Shown piece after piece: positions 38,762 through 48,422 of a stretch of 64,000 nucleotides of DNA (positions are counted from its first letter, which is position 1; each line of letters starts with the position of its first letter). Source of the DNA: Flavobacteriales bacterium. Lineage in GTDB: Bacteria > Bacteroidota > Bacteroidia > Flavobacteriales > Flavobacteriaceae. The stretch is from the NCBI GenBank assembly GCA_038326725.1, contig JBBQKI010000004.1:4393-68392 (forward strand), in the 5' to 3' direction. Below the pieces are notes generated by a model. That model had not been told where the DNA came from. It saw only the letters and a list, made by a program, of their open reading frames with translations, and made no database searches. Position numbers and translations under genes: made by a program.

Positions 38762-40858
38762 TCAGTTTACTTGGAGTTTGTTCAAATAATATTGGTATAA
38801 CTTAAATTGGGACCGTACTGCGGGCAATGTTTTTTTTCGATAGGCATTGTTTGATTTATTTGATATAATTCGCGCTTTCACATTGTCGCTCCACCCTATT
38901 TCAAAAGTGTCCAGCAACTCCTGTTGGATTTCTTCATCATAAATGGGGCAGGTAATTTCCACACGGTTGTCGAGGTTTCTTCCCATAAAATCCGCGGACG
39001 AAATATAGTATTTAGGTTCGCCACCGCTTTCAAAAATAAACAATCTTGGATGTTCCAAAAATTTGTCAACTATACTGATTACTTCAATATTTTCACTCAT
39101 CCCTTTTACCCCTGGTATCAAGCAACATATCCCTCGAACAATGAGTTGTATTTTTACACCTGCCCGGCTGGCTTCATAAAGGGCATCTATCATTTTAAAA
39201 TCGGAAAGACTGTTCAGCTTCATTTTGATCCCGCTGGAAAGGCCTTTTTCTTTGTTTTTTATCTCATCATCAATAAAATGGTACATGGCATTTCGCGTGT
39301 AATGCGGTGATACAATGAGATGTCGGTATTTTTTTATTTTATAGTTTACTTCAAAAAAATCGAATACTTTATTTATTTCCTTGCAAATTTTTTGGTTTGA
39401 GGTAAAAAGGGTGTAATCCGTATAAATTCGTGCAGTGGATTCATTGAAATTTCCGGTGCTTATGAAGGCATAACGTTTTGTTTTCCCATTTTCAAGCCGT
39501 TCAATAAGGCAGGCCTTGCAGTGTACTTTAAGACCGGAAACACCAATGTTTAAACGAACCCCCTCACTTTGCATTTGCTCGGCATGGCGGATATTTGCTT
39601 CTTCATCAAAACGTGCCTGCAATTCAATTTGTACGGTAACATCTTTCCCGTTTTTGGCTGCATTGATCAGCGAACTGGTAATGTGCGAAACTTCCGCCAA
39701 ACGGTAAATGGTAATTTTTATTTTTTTTACCGTTGGGTCCAATGCAGCTTCCCTTAACAATTTTACAACATACGAAAATGATTGATAGGGTGCATAGAGC
39801 AGATAATCCTTTTCGGCAATCTTGTTCAAAAAACTTCCCTGCAAGCCTAACCCTGGAATGGGTAATGGTTCAATACTTTCATACAAAAGGTCGGTTTTTC
39901 CCAAACTGGGGAATTTTATATAATCTCGACGGTTGTGGTAGCGCCCGCCCGGGATGATGCTATCAGTTTTATCTATCCCCATTTTATCCAAAAGGAATTG
40001 AAGTGTTTTTTTGTTGATCTGCTTATCGTAAACAAAACGTACCGGATCCCCGGAGCTTCGATCTCGAACACTATCCGAAATTTTATCGATGAAACTCTTG
40101 CTCAAATCACTGTCCATATCCAGTTCCGCGTCCCTAGTAATTTTGATCATGTGGGCAGATATTCTTTTATATTTGAAAACACTGAAAATGCTTTTCAAAC
40201 TAAAGCGGATGAGGTCGTCCAAAATGATAATATACTGTTTGTCTCCTTCGTCCGGAAGCACCACAAAACGATCGATGCTTTTGGGAATTTCTATCAGTGC
40301 ATAATTGTTTTTGATTTCAGTGTCCCCTTCTTCCTTGTGCATCACCATATTCACTGCCAAATAGGCCGCACTGTCCTTTAACTTCGGAAATTCTTTTAAA
40401 TCGCCAATCATAATGGTAACAAGCGCGGGACTTACTTTTTGAATAAAATATTCGGAAATGAATTTTTCTTGTGAGGGACTAACTTCCTTTTCATCAATAA
40501 TAAAAATGTTCTCTTTTTCAAGTTCTTTTTCAATAGTCTTTAATATACGAAGGCTCGTGGATTGCTGCTCTATTACGGTTTGGGTTATTTCCGCCAAAAG
40601 TTCCTTTGCCGAAATGCCTCCTAAAAAGCTGCGCCCCCCTTTACCCGCTTCCACGATTCGTTTTATGGTGGCGTACCTAACCTTAAAAAATTCGTCTAAG
40701 TTATTTGAAAATATCCCCAAAAATCTGAGCCTTTCAATCAATGGAACCGTTTTGTCCTCAGCTTCCTGAAGCACCCGTGCATTAAATTGAAGCCAGCTGA
40801 GCTCTCTGTTTTTGTAGTGGTTTTTTGCCGGGGCGGTATTCGCTATTTTCTCTGTCAT
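38762..40858 (-). CDS. ppk1: Polyphosphate kinase 1
   Basis: NRELSWLQFNARVLQEA, LRFLGIFSNNLDEFF, and two PLD-like C-terminal domains (KVHCKA..., GRNLDNRVE). Start set at ATG 40856-40858 (MTEKIANT), which overlaps the sixA stop by 1 nt. Confidence 0.93.
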   Translation of the reverse strand: MTEKIANTAPAKNHYKNRELSWLQFNARVLQEAEDKTVPLIERLRFLGIFSNNLDEFFKVRYATIKRIVEAGKGGRSFLGGISAKELLAEITQTVIEQQSTSLRILKTIEKELEKENIFIIDEKEVSPSQEKFISEYFIQKVSPALVTIMIGDLKEFPKLKDSAAYLAVNMVMHKEEGDTEIKNNYALIEIPKSIDRFVVLPDEGDKQYIIILDDLIRFSLKSIFSVFKYKRISAHMIKITRDAELDMDSDLSKSFIDKISDSVRDRSSGDPVRFVYDKQINKKTLQFLLDKMGIDKTDSIIPGGRYHNRRDYIKFPSLGKTDLLYESIEPLPIPGLGLQGSFLNKIAEKDYLLYAPYQSFSYVVKLLREAALDPTVKKIKITIYRLAEVSHITSSLINAAKNGKDVTVQIELQARFDEEANIRHAEQMQSEGVRLNIGVSGLKVHCKACLIERLENGKTKRYAFISTGNFNESTARIYTDYTLFTSNQKICKEINKVFDFFEVNYKIKKYRHLIVSPHYTRNAMYHFIDDEIKNKEKGLSSGIKMKLNSLSDFKMIDALYEASRAGVKIQLIVRGICCLIPGVKGMSENIEVISIVDKFLEHPRLFIFESGGEPKYYISSADFMGRNLDNRVEITCPIYDEEIQQELLDTFEIGWSDNVKARIISNKSNNAYRKKTLPAVRSQFKLYQYYLNKLQVN

Positions 40859-41343
40859 TATTTTATATCTCTTGGAAAAAGGGTGTGTACTGTTTTCCCG
40901 GTGGTAATTTCGTTCCAATTTTTTTCATCAAATTCAATCATCACAAACCCGCATGTGGGGATATTGTCAATAAATTTACTGCCCAACATGTTTGCTATGG
41001 ATGTGAAAGCGTGATTGTGACCTACAATCATTACGGTGTCCCAATCATTGTTCAATTCTTTTATGATACGCATAACGCCTTGACCGCTGAAATCGTACAG
41101 ATCAGCAGTGGTTATGAAATTTTCATCCGCAACATTCAATGCATCTTTAAAATACTTTGCCGTAGCCATTGCCCTTTCGGCATTGCTACTGAATATTTTT
41201 TGAGGCGTGGTTATGGTTTTCTTAATTTTTTTTGAAACAAGTTCCCCATCTCGCTCCCCCCTCTTTTTTAAAGGTCTTTGGTGGTCATTGACATCGTGTT
41301 TCCAAGAAGATTTGGCGTGGCGGACCATATAAAGTGTTTTCAT
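40858..41343 (-). CDS. sixA: SixA-like phosphohistidine phosphatase (histidine phosphatase superfamily)
   Basis: 161 aa. MVRHAKSSW (RHA catalytic motif), RPL..RG, VGHNHAF. Confidence 0.8.
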   Translation of the reverse strand: MKTLYMVRHAKSSWKHDVNDHQRPLKKRGERDGELVSKKIKKTITTPQKIFSSNAERAMATAKYFKDALNVADENFITTADLYDFSGQGVMRIIKELNNDWDTVMIVGHNHAFTSIANMLGSKFIDNIPTCGFVMIEFDEKNWNEITTGKTVHTLFPRDIK

Positions 41344-41420
41344 TTTTTACGTATTTGGAAGTTCTAATTGGAGTATTTTAACTAATAGATTTTTTTTTAA
41401 AATTAAGGGTTTAAAATAAA

Positions 41421-42065
41421 TTACGGAGCTAGTCTTTCAATTTTCCATTTATCATCAACTAAAGTATAAAGCATCCTATCATGTAGCCTGTTTGCCCTGC
41501 CCTGCCAAAATTCGATGGCAACTGGTTTTACAAAATACCCACCCCAATGTGCGGGTTTTGGGATTTCTTTGTTTTCAAATTCTATTTCAAGGGCTTTTAG
41601 TTTATCTTCCAAAATACCCCGGTTTTCCAACACTCCACTTTGGTTGGAAACCACTGCGCCCAACTGGCTTCCCTTTGGCCGGGAATGAAAATAATGATTG
41701 GAATCTTCTTGCGTGGTTTTTGTGGCCGTACCTTTTATCAAAACTTGTCTTTCCAAATTTGGCCAAAAAAATGAAAGGGAAAGATGGTTATTCTTCCCTA
41801 TTGATTTTCCTTTTTCGCTTTCGTAATTGGTATAAAAATAAAACCCATTTTCATCATAACGCTTTAATAAAACGATTCTTCCTTTAGGGAAACCGTCCAA
41901 ACTCATTGTGGATAAAGTCATTGCATTTACTTCTTCAACTCCCTCGGCCTCTTTTGCTTCAAGAAACCAAATATGAAATTGTTGAAGGGGGCTTGGCTCA
42001 AGGTTTTCTTCTGAAAGCAACCCCTTTTCATAGGATTTCCGATAATGGTGAAGTTCTTCGGGCAT
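41421..42065 (-). CDS. pdxH: Pyridoxamine 5'-phosphate oxidase
   Basis: NAMTLSTMSLDGFPKGRIVLLK, FYTNYESEKG, IEFWQGRANRLHDR. Start set at ATG 42063-42065 (MPEEL). Confidence 0.92.
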   Translation of the reverse strand: MPEELHHYRKSYEKGLLSEENLEPSPLQQFHIWFLEAKEAEGVEEVNAMTLSTMSLDGFPKGRIVLLKRYDENGFYFYTNYESEKGKSIGKNNHLSLSFFWPNLERQVLIKGTATKTTQEDSNHYFHSRPKGSQLGAVVSNQSGVLENRGILEDKLKALEIEFENKEIPKPAHWGGYFVKPVAIEFWQGRANRLHDRMLYTLVDDKWKIERLAP

Positions 42066-42139
42066 GGATTTTACTTTGCTGCAATTTACAAGTTTTAAAG
42101 AAGCTTTAAAACAGTGCAACCTTAAATAACTATTAATTT

Positions 42140-43048
42140 TCAATCAAATGAAAAAACCTTTCCGTCTTCCGCAAGCAAGACATTTTTAAAAACCTTTTTT
42201 GCCTCTTCTTTGAAAAGCTCCAAATTCCCGTAACGTCCGGAGTAATGCCCCAAAATTAAAGTGCCCACTTTCGCTGCTTTCGCTATTTCCGCTGCTTGCC
42301 GGGCGGTACTGTGCTTTGTTGGCCCACAAAGATGAAGATGTTCATTTAAAAATGTAGCTTCATGATAAAGCACATTAGAATTTTTTATTTGATCTATAAT
42401 TTCCGGATGGTAAACCGTATCACTGCAATAGGCATATGATTTTGGCGGGGATGGGCTAAAAGTTATAGTGCTATTCTCTATCTTTTTGCCATCTTTAGTG
42501 ACCGCATCAAAACCTTGTTTTATTTTTTGATAATAACTCATGTCCACGTTCAAATCGCGTGCAGCGTCAATGTTCAATTTGCGTTCCCCGGGTTTTTCCT
42601 TAAAAAGGAAACCGTTAGTGTAAACCCGGTGGTTTAAGGGAATGGTTTCAACCGAAACCTTTTCGTCCTCAAAAAGAAGCTGAGGTTCTTTTCCTTCCAA
42701 TTCGTGAAAATAAAGCGGAAAATTGGTCCACGAATTTCCCAGTTTCAATTGAAGGGTTATTGCCTCCTTGATTCCTTTGGGTCCATAAACATGCATCTCG
42801 GCGGTACGGCCCAACAAACGGAAAGTAGAGATTAGCCCGATTAGTCCATAAAAATGATCGCCGTGCAAATGGGAAATAAAAATATGCCGGATGCGGGAAA
42901 ATTTTACTTTATAATTTCGCAATTGAACCTGTGTGCCCTCTCCGCAATCGATCAAGAACAAATGCCCCCGAATTTCCAACACCTGCGCAGTGGGATGTGC
43001 ATTGATGCGCGGGGTTGCGGAATGACAGCCTAAAATTGTTAGGATCAA
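42140..43048 (-). CDS. rnz: Ribonuclease Z
   Basis: Metallo-beta-lactamase motif ISHLHGDHFYGL, FLIDCGEGTQ, C-terminal LGHYSGRY. Confidence 0.9.
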   Translation of the reverse strand: MILTILGCHSATPRINAHPTAQVLEIRGHLFLIDCGEGTQVQLRNYKVKFSRIRHIFISHLHGDHFYGLIGLISTFRLLGRTAEMHVYGPKGIKEAITLQLKLGNSWTNFPLYFHELEGKEPQLLFEDEKVSVETIPLNHRVYTNGFLFKEKPGERKLNIDAARDLNVDMSYYQKIKQGFDAVTKDGKKIENSTITFSPSPPKSYAYCSDTVYHPEIIDQIKNSNVLYHEATFLNEHLHLCGPTKHSTARQAAEIAKAAKVGTLILGHYSGRYGNLELFKEEAKKVFKNVLLAEDGKVFSFD

Positions 43049-43105
43049 AGTTTAAAGTTTCTGGTTCTAAAATTAGAAATGGAATTTAAGATTTGGAAAT
43101 TGGTT

Positions 43106-43441
43106 TTAGAACCCCAGATCCCTTTCTATTTCTTCCATTTCAATAATGTCCTCCGCTTCCCTAAGGGTTGGTACCACAATCATTTCGGAAGGAACATCGT
43201 CGGGGTTGATGGCTTGGTTTACAATTACAAAAGATTTTTTGGAAGCCCGGTGTTGGTTTGATGCTTTTAGAAAAAGTAATAATTCCGGAAGCTCCAAAGA
43301 GTTGAAATCCAAAAGGTTTATAGCAATATTTTTGCCTTTATGGTTTTTCGGAATTTGAATTGTCAAATTGGATGCAAAATCTTTAATATCATCATTTTGG
43401 TATTCTAAAACTATAAATTTTTTTCTATCCGTAATCTTCAT
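43106..43441 (-). CDS. Hypothetical protein (possibly STAS-like)
   Basis: 111-aa ORF packed between pyrB (2-nt gap) and rnz. No firm family recognition. Confidence 0.5.
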   Translation of the reverse strand: MKITDRKKFIVLEYQNDDIKDFASNLTIQIPKNHKGKNIAINLLDFNSLELPELLLFLKASNQHRASKKSFVIVNQAINPDDVPSEMIVVPTLREAEDIIEMEEIERDLGF

Positions 43442-43443
43442 GG

Positions 43444-44370
43444 CTATTTAATTTTTGAAGCTAAGAGATAAATTACCGCCATCCGAACGGCTACACCGTT
43501 CTGAACCTGATCGAGAATTATGGCTTGATTGCTATCCGCCACATCACTGGTTATTTCTACCCCACGGTTAATTGGCCCGGGGTGCATCACTATTATTTTC
43601 TTATTCAAAGAATCGAGCATGGCTTTGTTCAACCCGAATTGCTGAGTGTATTCGCGTGTGGTTGGAAAATAACTGATTTCCATTCGTTCATTCTGCACCC
43701 GGAGCATATTGGCAACATCGCACCATTCCAACGCTTTTTTAAAATTGGGTTCTACTTCTACTCCTAATTTTTCTATATATTTGGGAATTAAAGTTTTGGG
43801 ACCGCATACCTTTACCTTCGCTCCAAGCTTTTGAAGGGCAAAAATATTTGACAACGCTACCCGCGAATGTAGAATATCGCCAACGATCACTACTTTTTTC
43901 CCTGCAACTTCGCCCAATTTTTCCCGGATTGAATAGCAGTCCAACAGGGCTTGTGTCGGATGCTCGTGCGCTCCGTCGCCTGCGTTTATGATACTTGCTT
44001 TTATGTGTTTTGAAAGAAATATTCCCGCACCCGGATTTGGGTGGCGCATCACAACCATATCCACTTTCATAGAAAGAATGTTATTTACGGTATCGATTAA
44101 GGTTTCGCCTTTTGTTACAGAAGAAGACCCTGCAGAAAAATTGATAACGTCCGCGGAGAGGCGCTTTTCAGCCAATTCAAAAGAAAGTCGTGTTCGGGTA
44201 CTGTTTTCAAAAAAGAGATTTGCAATGGTAATATCGCGCAGTGATGGAACTTTTTTGATTGGGCGGTTGATTACTTCTTTAAAATGATCCGCCGTTTCGA
44301 AGATGAGTTGTATATCGGCTTCGGTAATGTATTTTACTCCCAGTAAGTGGTTTACACTCAGTTCGCTCAT
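43444..44370 (-). CDS. pyrB: Aspartate carbamoyltransferase catalytic subunit
   Basis: FFENSTRTRLSFELA, MRHP, HEHPTQALLD, HPGPINRG. Confidence 0.95.
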   Translation of the reverse strand: MSELSVNHLLGVKYITEADIQLIFETADHFKEVINRPIKKVPSLRDITIANLFFENSTRTRLSFELAEKRLSADVINFSAGSSSVTKGETLIDTVNNILSMKVDMVVMRHPNPGAGIFLSKHIKASIINAGDGAHEHPTQALLDCYSIREKLGEVAGKKVVIVGDILHSRVALSNIFALQKLGAKVKVCGPKTLIPKYIEKLGVEVEPNFKKALEWCDVANMLRVQNERMEISYFPTTREYTQQFGLNKAMLDSLNKKIIVMHPGPINRGVEITSDVADSNQAIILDQVQNGVAVRMAVIYLLASKIK

Positions 44371-44434
44371 TTTTGGGTTACAAGTTTCGTTTTTTAATTA
44401 TGTTTTAATTGTCCGTTTTATTTGCCATAGGTAA

Positions 44435-44974
44435 CTAATTTTTTACCAAATAAACAGCATCTTCCCCTTCTTTTTCTTTCCAACATACTTTCACTTTCTC
44501 TTCGTTAATTGCGTCCACTTGCCTTCCACGGTAATCGGGTTGTATGGGCAAATGCCGGCTAAAACGGCGGTCTATCAGGGTTAACAGTTGAATCTCCATT
44601 GGTCTGCCGAATGATTGTATCGCCGTAAGTGCGGAACGAATGCTCCTGCCGGTGTATAAAACGTCGTCGATAAAGACAACCTTTTTTCCTTCTACTATAA
44701 AATTTATTTGGGTTTTATTTGCTTCCAAGGGTTTATCGCCACGGCGAAAATCGTCCCGGTAAAAGGTGATGTCCAAATATCCTAATTGAACATTCTTGAT
44801 TTTGTATTCTTTCTCGAGAAGGGATTTAAGACGTTCCGCCAAAAACACCCCTCGGGGTTGAATGCCTATTAAAACTGTATTGCTAAAAGAATCGTGGTTT
44901 TCAATCAACTGGCAGGCCAAACGGTGAAGCGCGATATTTACTTCGGTTGCGTTCAGTAACACTTTTTGGCTCAT
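44435..44974 (-). CDS. pyrR: Bifunctional pyr operon regulator / uracil phosphoribosyltransferase PyrR
   Basis: LIGIQPRGVFLAERL, YRDD, and PRPP-binding VVFIDDVLYTGRSIRSAL. Start at ATG 44972-44974 (MSQKVLL). Confidence 0.9.
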   Translation of the reverse strand: MSQKVLLNATEVNIALHRLACQLIENHDSFSNTVLIGIQPRGVFLAERLKSLLEKEYKIKNVQLGYLDITFYRDDFRRGDKPLEANKTQINFIVEGKKVVFIDDVLYTGRSIRSALTAIQSFGRPMEIQLLTLIDRRFSRHLPIQPDYRGRQVDAINEEKVKVCWKEKEGEDAVYLVKN

Positions 44975-45059
44975 AGTTGTTTTCCAAAGCTTGTGGAGTT
45001 GCAAAAGTACTGTTTTTTTTGAATTGTGCCTTTGGATTTATTTTTGATAAAAAATCTCA

Positions 45060-45087
45060 TAAAAAAAACCCTTCATTGCTGAAGGGC
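45060..45087 (-). terminator. Rho-independent terminator of rpsA
   Basis: Stem cccttca / tgaaggg with loop ttgc. On the minus strand it is followed by T8. Confidence 0.75.
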
Positions 45088-45111
45088 TTTTTGAATTAAA
45101 TTAAACAGGAA

Positions 45112-47010
45112 TTATTGGTTTTTTCCTTCCATCCTGTCTTTAAGCTCCTGAAGTTTGGCGTTTGCATCGCTAAAAGTTGGTTTAGCTTCAGCTTCTGCAG
45201 CTTCTTGCTTTTTAACCGCTTCTTTAACAATCTTGGCTTCTTCTTCTTTATGAATGGCCATGTGCGAAGCAACCACTTTCTTGAATTCTTTGTTGAACTC
45301 AATTATTTGGAATTCAGCTTCATCGCCTTTCTTCAACATACTACCATCCTCTTTTTCCAAATGACGGCTTGGCACAAACGCAACGATATCTTCATTGAAT
45401 TTAACCGTGGCCCCTTTGTCAACAACTTCATCGATTTTGGCCGTGTGCTTGGTGCTCACTGCAAATTCGCTCTCATATTTATCCCAAGGATTTTCAGTAG
45501 TCTGTTTGTGACCTAAACTTAGTTTACGGCCTTCAACATCAAGTTCCAAAACCACTACATCCAAAGTATCACCAATAACGGTAAACTCACTTGGATGCTT
45601 GATTTTCTTGGTCCAAGAAAGATCGCTTATGTAGATAAGCCCATCGATTCCTTCTTCCAACTCAACAAAAACGCCAAAGTTGGTGAAGTTCCGAACGATT
45701 CCTTTATGCTTGGAACCTACGGGATATTTCTTAGTAATATCTGTCCAAGGATCGGGAGTAATTTGTTTGATGCCCAAGGACATTTTGCGTTCTTCACGAT
45801 CCATCGTAAGAATTACTGCTTCTACTTGATCTCCTACTTTCACGAAATCCTGCGCACTGCGCAAGTGTGTAGACCATGACATTTCACTAACGTGGATCAA
45901 GCCTTCAACGCCTTCTGCCACTTCAATGAACGCACCGTAATCTGCAATTACAACTACTTTGCCTTTTACTTTATCACCAACTTTTAGTTCATCGCCAAGG
46001 GCTTCCCACGGATGTGGTTTCAATTGTTTAAGACCTAACTGGATACGTGTTTTATCTTCATCAAAATCAAGGATAACCACATTCAATTTTTGGTCAAGCT
46101 CCACAATTTCGTTTGGATGATTGATTCGCGACCAAGAAAGGTCTGTAATGTGTACCAAACCATCAACGCCTCCAAGGTCAACAAATACGCCATAGGAAGT
46201 GATGTTTTTTACGACACCTTCCAAAACTTGGCCTTTTTCCAACTGCCCGATGATTTCTTTTTTCTGTACTTCAATATCTGCTTCGATAAGTGCTTTGTGG
46301 GAAACCACAATATTTTTGAATTCGTGGTTGATTTTCACAACTTTGAATTCCATTGTTTTACCAACATATACATCGTAATCGCGAATTGGTTTCACATCAA
46401 TTTGCGAACCGGGCAAGAATGCCTCAATGCCAAAAACATCGACAATCATTCCACCTTTGGTACGGCATTTTACAAAACCGTTCACGATAGTGCTATCGTC
46501 ATGGGCTGAATTCACTCGATCCCATGCTTTGATAGTTCGTGCTTTTCTGTGTGAAAGTACCAACTGTCCCGTACTGTCTTCGCGCACGTCGATCAAAACT
46601 TCAACGGTATCACCAACTTTTAAGTCTGGGTTGTAACGGAATTCATTTAACGAAACCACACCCTCGCTTTTTGCGTTGATGTCGATAATGGCATCGCGGT
46701 CGGTGATGTAAATCACTTTTCCATCCACCACTTCATCATTTAAAGTGTCAACGAAATTTTCGGTCACAAGTTTTTCGAATTCTTCCATCTTGCCATCATC
46801 CACAGGGTCTATACCCTCTTCGTAATTGTGCCAGTTGAAATCTTCCAGGAATTTTTTAGGATTGCTTTCCTTGATGGAAACTTCCTCTTGGGGTTTTGAG
46901 GTTTCCCCATTTTGTTTTGTGGTTTCCTCTACTTCGTTTGAGGTTTCCTCTGTTGGATTCACGGTTTCTTCAACAGCTACCGCTTCTTCTTTGTTTGCTT
47001 TTTCAGCCAT
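45112..47010 (-). CDS. rpsA: 30S ribosomal protein S1
   Basis: 632 aa with six S1 OB-fold repeats (for example GQVLEGVVKNITSYGVFVDLGGVDGLVHITDLSW) and an acidic N-terminal extension. Confidence 0.95.
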   Translation of the reverse strand: MAEKANKEEAVAVEETVNPTEETSNEVEETTKQNGETSKPQEEVSIKESNPKKFLEDFNWHNYEEGIDPVDDGKMEEFEKLVTENFVDTLNDEVVDGKVIYITDRDAIIDINAKSEGVVSLNEFRYNPDLKVGDTVEVLIDVREDSTGQLVLSHRKARTIKAWDRVNSAHDDSTIVNGFVKCRTKGGMIVDVFGIEAFLPGSQIDVKPIRDYDVYVGKTMEFKVVKINHEFKNIVVSHKALIEADIEVQKKEIIGQLEKGQVLEGVVKNITSYGVFVDLGGVDGLVHITDLSWSRINHPNEIVELDQKLNVVILDFDEDKTRIQLGLKQLKPHPWEALGDELKVGDKVKGKVVVIADYGAFIEVAEGVEGLIHVSEMSWSTHLRSAQDFVKVGDQVEAVILTMDREERKMSLGIKQITPDPWTDITKKYPVGSKHKGIVRNFTNFGVFVELEEGIDGLIYISDLSWTKKIKHPSEFTVIGDTLDVVVLELDVEGRKLSLGHKQTTENPWDKYESEFAVSTKHTAKIDEVVDKGATVKFNEDIVAFVPSRHLEKEDGSMLKKGDEAEFQIIEFNKEFKKVVASHMAIHKEEEAKIVKEAVKKQEAAEAEAKPTFSDANAKLQELKDRMEGKNQ

Positions 47011-47161
47011 TTTTCATGATTTGATCTTCAGTTTTAAAATTGAAAACCAAGGGTTTGTATTCTGTGTTGTTGCAGGAACTCATTGTGATTATCCCACAGA
47101 AGGGTTGTTTGATTATTGTTTTATTCCCTTTTAATTCCTGCTTCATCGTTAAAAGGGGGTG

Positions 47162-47169
47162 CAAAAATA
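47162..47169 (-). promoter_or_regulatory. Candidate -7 promoter box (TATTTTTG on the minus strand) for rpsA
   Basis: Exact TAnnTTTG match, with a TTG (47189-47191, minus strand) about 20 nt upstream. This implies a leader of about 145 nt. Confidence 0.3.
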
Positions 47170-47296
47170 AGTTTTATATTTTGATTTTCAAAGAGTTTTA
47201 TAAAAGTTGATTGGAATTTGACTGTGTCTTTTATTCCATTATTTTGAAAAAGAATTCAAGTTGAAATTCCACTTTTTCAGTATCTTTAAAATAAAA

Positions 47297-47725
47297 ATGA
47301 AAATCGCTATACTCCTCATTGTTTGCTTCATTTTGTTCTCTTGCAATGTCAAAAAAAAACCGATTAAGGAAGAATCTGCAACTCTAAACGCGAGTTGGTT
47401 TTTGAAAGAAATGAATGGCGAACCCACTCCAAATATATTTTCGAAAAGCCCAAAAATGCCACAATTGCAAATCGACACTTCTGAGATGAAAGTTTCCGGA
47501 AATGATGGGTGCAATTCCATTTTCGGGTCTATTGAAAATTGGAACGCCAATGTTTTGACATTCAAAAATCTGGGTGGCACCAAAATGGCTTGCGCCAATA
47601 TGGAGCGGTCTATGGAATATTCCCAAGCGTTATCAAATATGAAAACCTATAAAATTGAAAATTCGGAATTGCATTTATTTGATGCAGTGGGTAACGAAGT
47701 GTTAATTTTTAGGAAATCTGAATGA
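47297..47725 (+). CDS. META-domain (HslJ-like) lipoprotein
   Basis: Lipobox ILFSC, GNDGCNSIFGSI, GGTKMAC. Start at ATG 47297. Confidence 0.8.
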   Translation: MKIAILLIVCFILFSCNVKKKPIKEESATLNASWFLKEMNGEPTPNIFSKSPKMPQLQIDTSEMKVSGNDGCNSIFGSIENWNANVLTFKNLGGTKMACANMERSMEYSQALSNMKTYKIENSELHLFDAVGNEVLIFRKSE

Positions 47726-47726
47726 T

Positions 47727-48422
47727 TTAAACTCGACCGAAAATTCGATCCTCGGCCAATTGAAGAATAATTTGAAACTGGTCTTTTTGGTTCATTTCGG
47801 AATTGTTGATTTCCACTGCATCATTTGCTTTCATTAAAGGTGAATCTTCTCGGGTGCTGTCTATATGGTCGCGTTCCTCGATATTCTTCAAAACCTCGCT
47901 GAAAGTTACCTCTTCCCCCCTTTCCCGCAATTCCAAAAATCTGCGCTGGGAACGCTCCTCAGAGGAAGCATTCATGAAAATCTTCAATTCTGCATCCGGA
48001 AAAACCACAGTCCCAATATCACGCCCGTCCATTACCACACCTTTATCCTTGCCCATTTTTTTCTGTTGGTCCACCAGTTTTAAACGAACCTCGTGCAGCG
48101 TTGAAACCGGACTCACAAATTCCGAAACGTGAAGGCTGCGAATATCATTTTCGACATTTTTTCCGTTCAAATGGATTTCCGATTTACTTTCGGGGTTTTC
48201 TTTTCTAAAATCCAAAGTTATTTTTGGTAGGGAATTAATCAATCCTTTTTTGTCAAAATGATTTTCATCAATAAAAGAATTCTCCATTGCATAAAGCGTT
48301 ACCGCGCGGTACATCGCGCCGGTGTCCACGTAAACATAGCTGAAATGGTCAGCAAGCTGTTTTGCCACCGTACTTTTTCCGGTGGAAGAATAGCCGTCTA
48401 TCGCAATGGTAATTTTCTTCAT
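47727..48422 (-). CDS. cmk: (d)CMP kinase
   Basis: ITIAIDGYSSTGKSTVAK, VYVDTGAMYRA, VVMDGRDIGTVVFPDA. Confidence 0.93.
   Translation of the reverse strand: MKKITIAIDGYSSTGKSTVAKQLADHFSYVYVDTGAMYRAVTLYAMENSFIDENHFDKKGLINSLPKITLDFRKENPESKSEIHLNGKNVENDIRSLHVSEFVSPVSTLHEVRLKLVDQQKKMGKDKGVVMDGRDIGTVVFPDAELKIFMNASSEERSQRRFLELRERGEEVTFSEVLKNIEERDHIDSTREDSPLMKANDAVEINNSEMNQKDQFQIILQLAEDRIFGRV

Noticed and set aside
40859-40918. 20-codon upstream extension of ppk1 (MERNYHRENST…).
   Set aside because: It would overlap the end of sixA. ATG 40856-40858 gives the typical PPK1 N-terminus and a TAATG coupling junction.
45096-45302. 68-aa minus-strand ORF overlapping the 3' end of rpsA in another frame.
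   Set aside because: It is a lysine-rich low-complexity translation of the rpsA C-terminal region, and the S1 frame is unambiguous.
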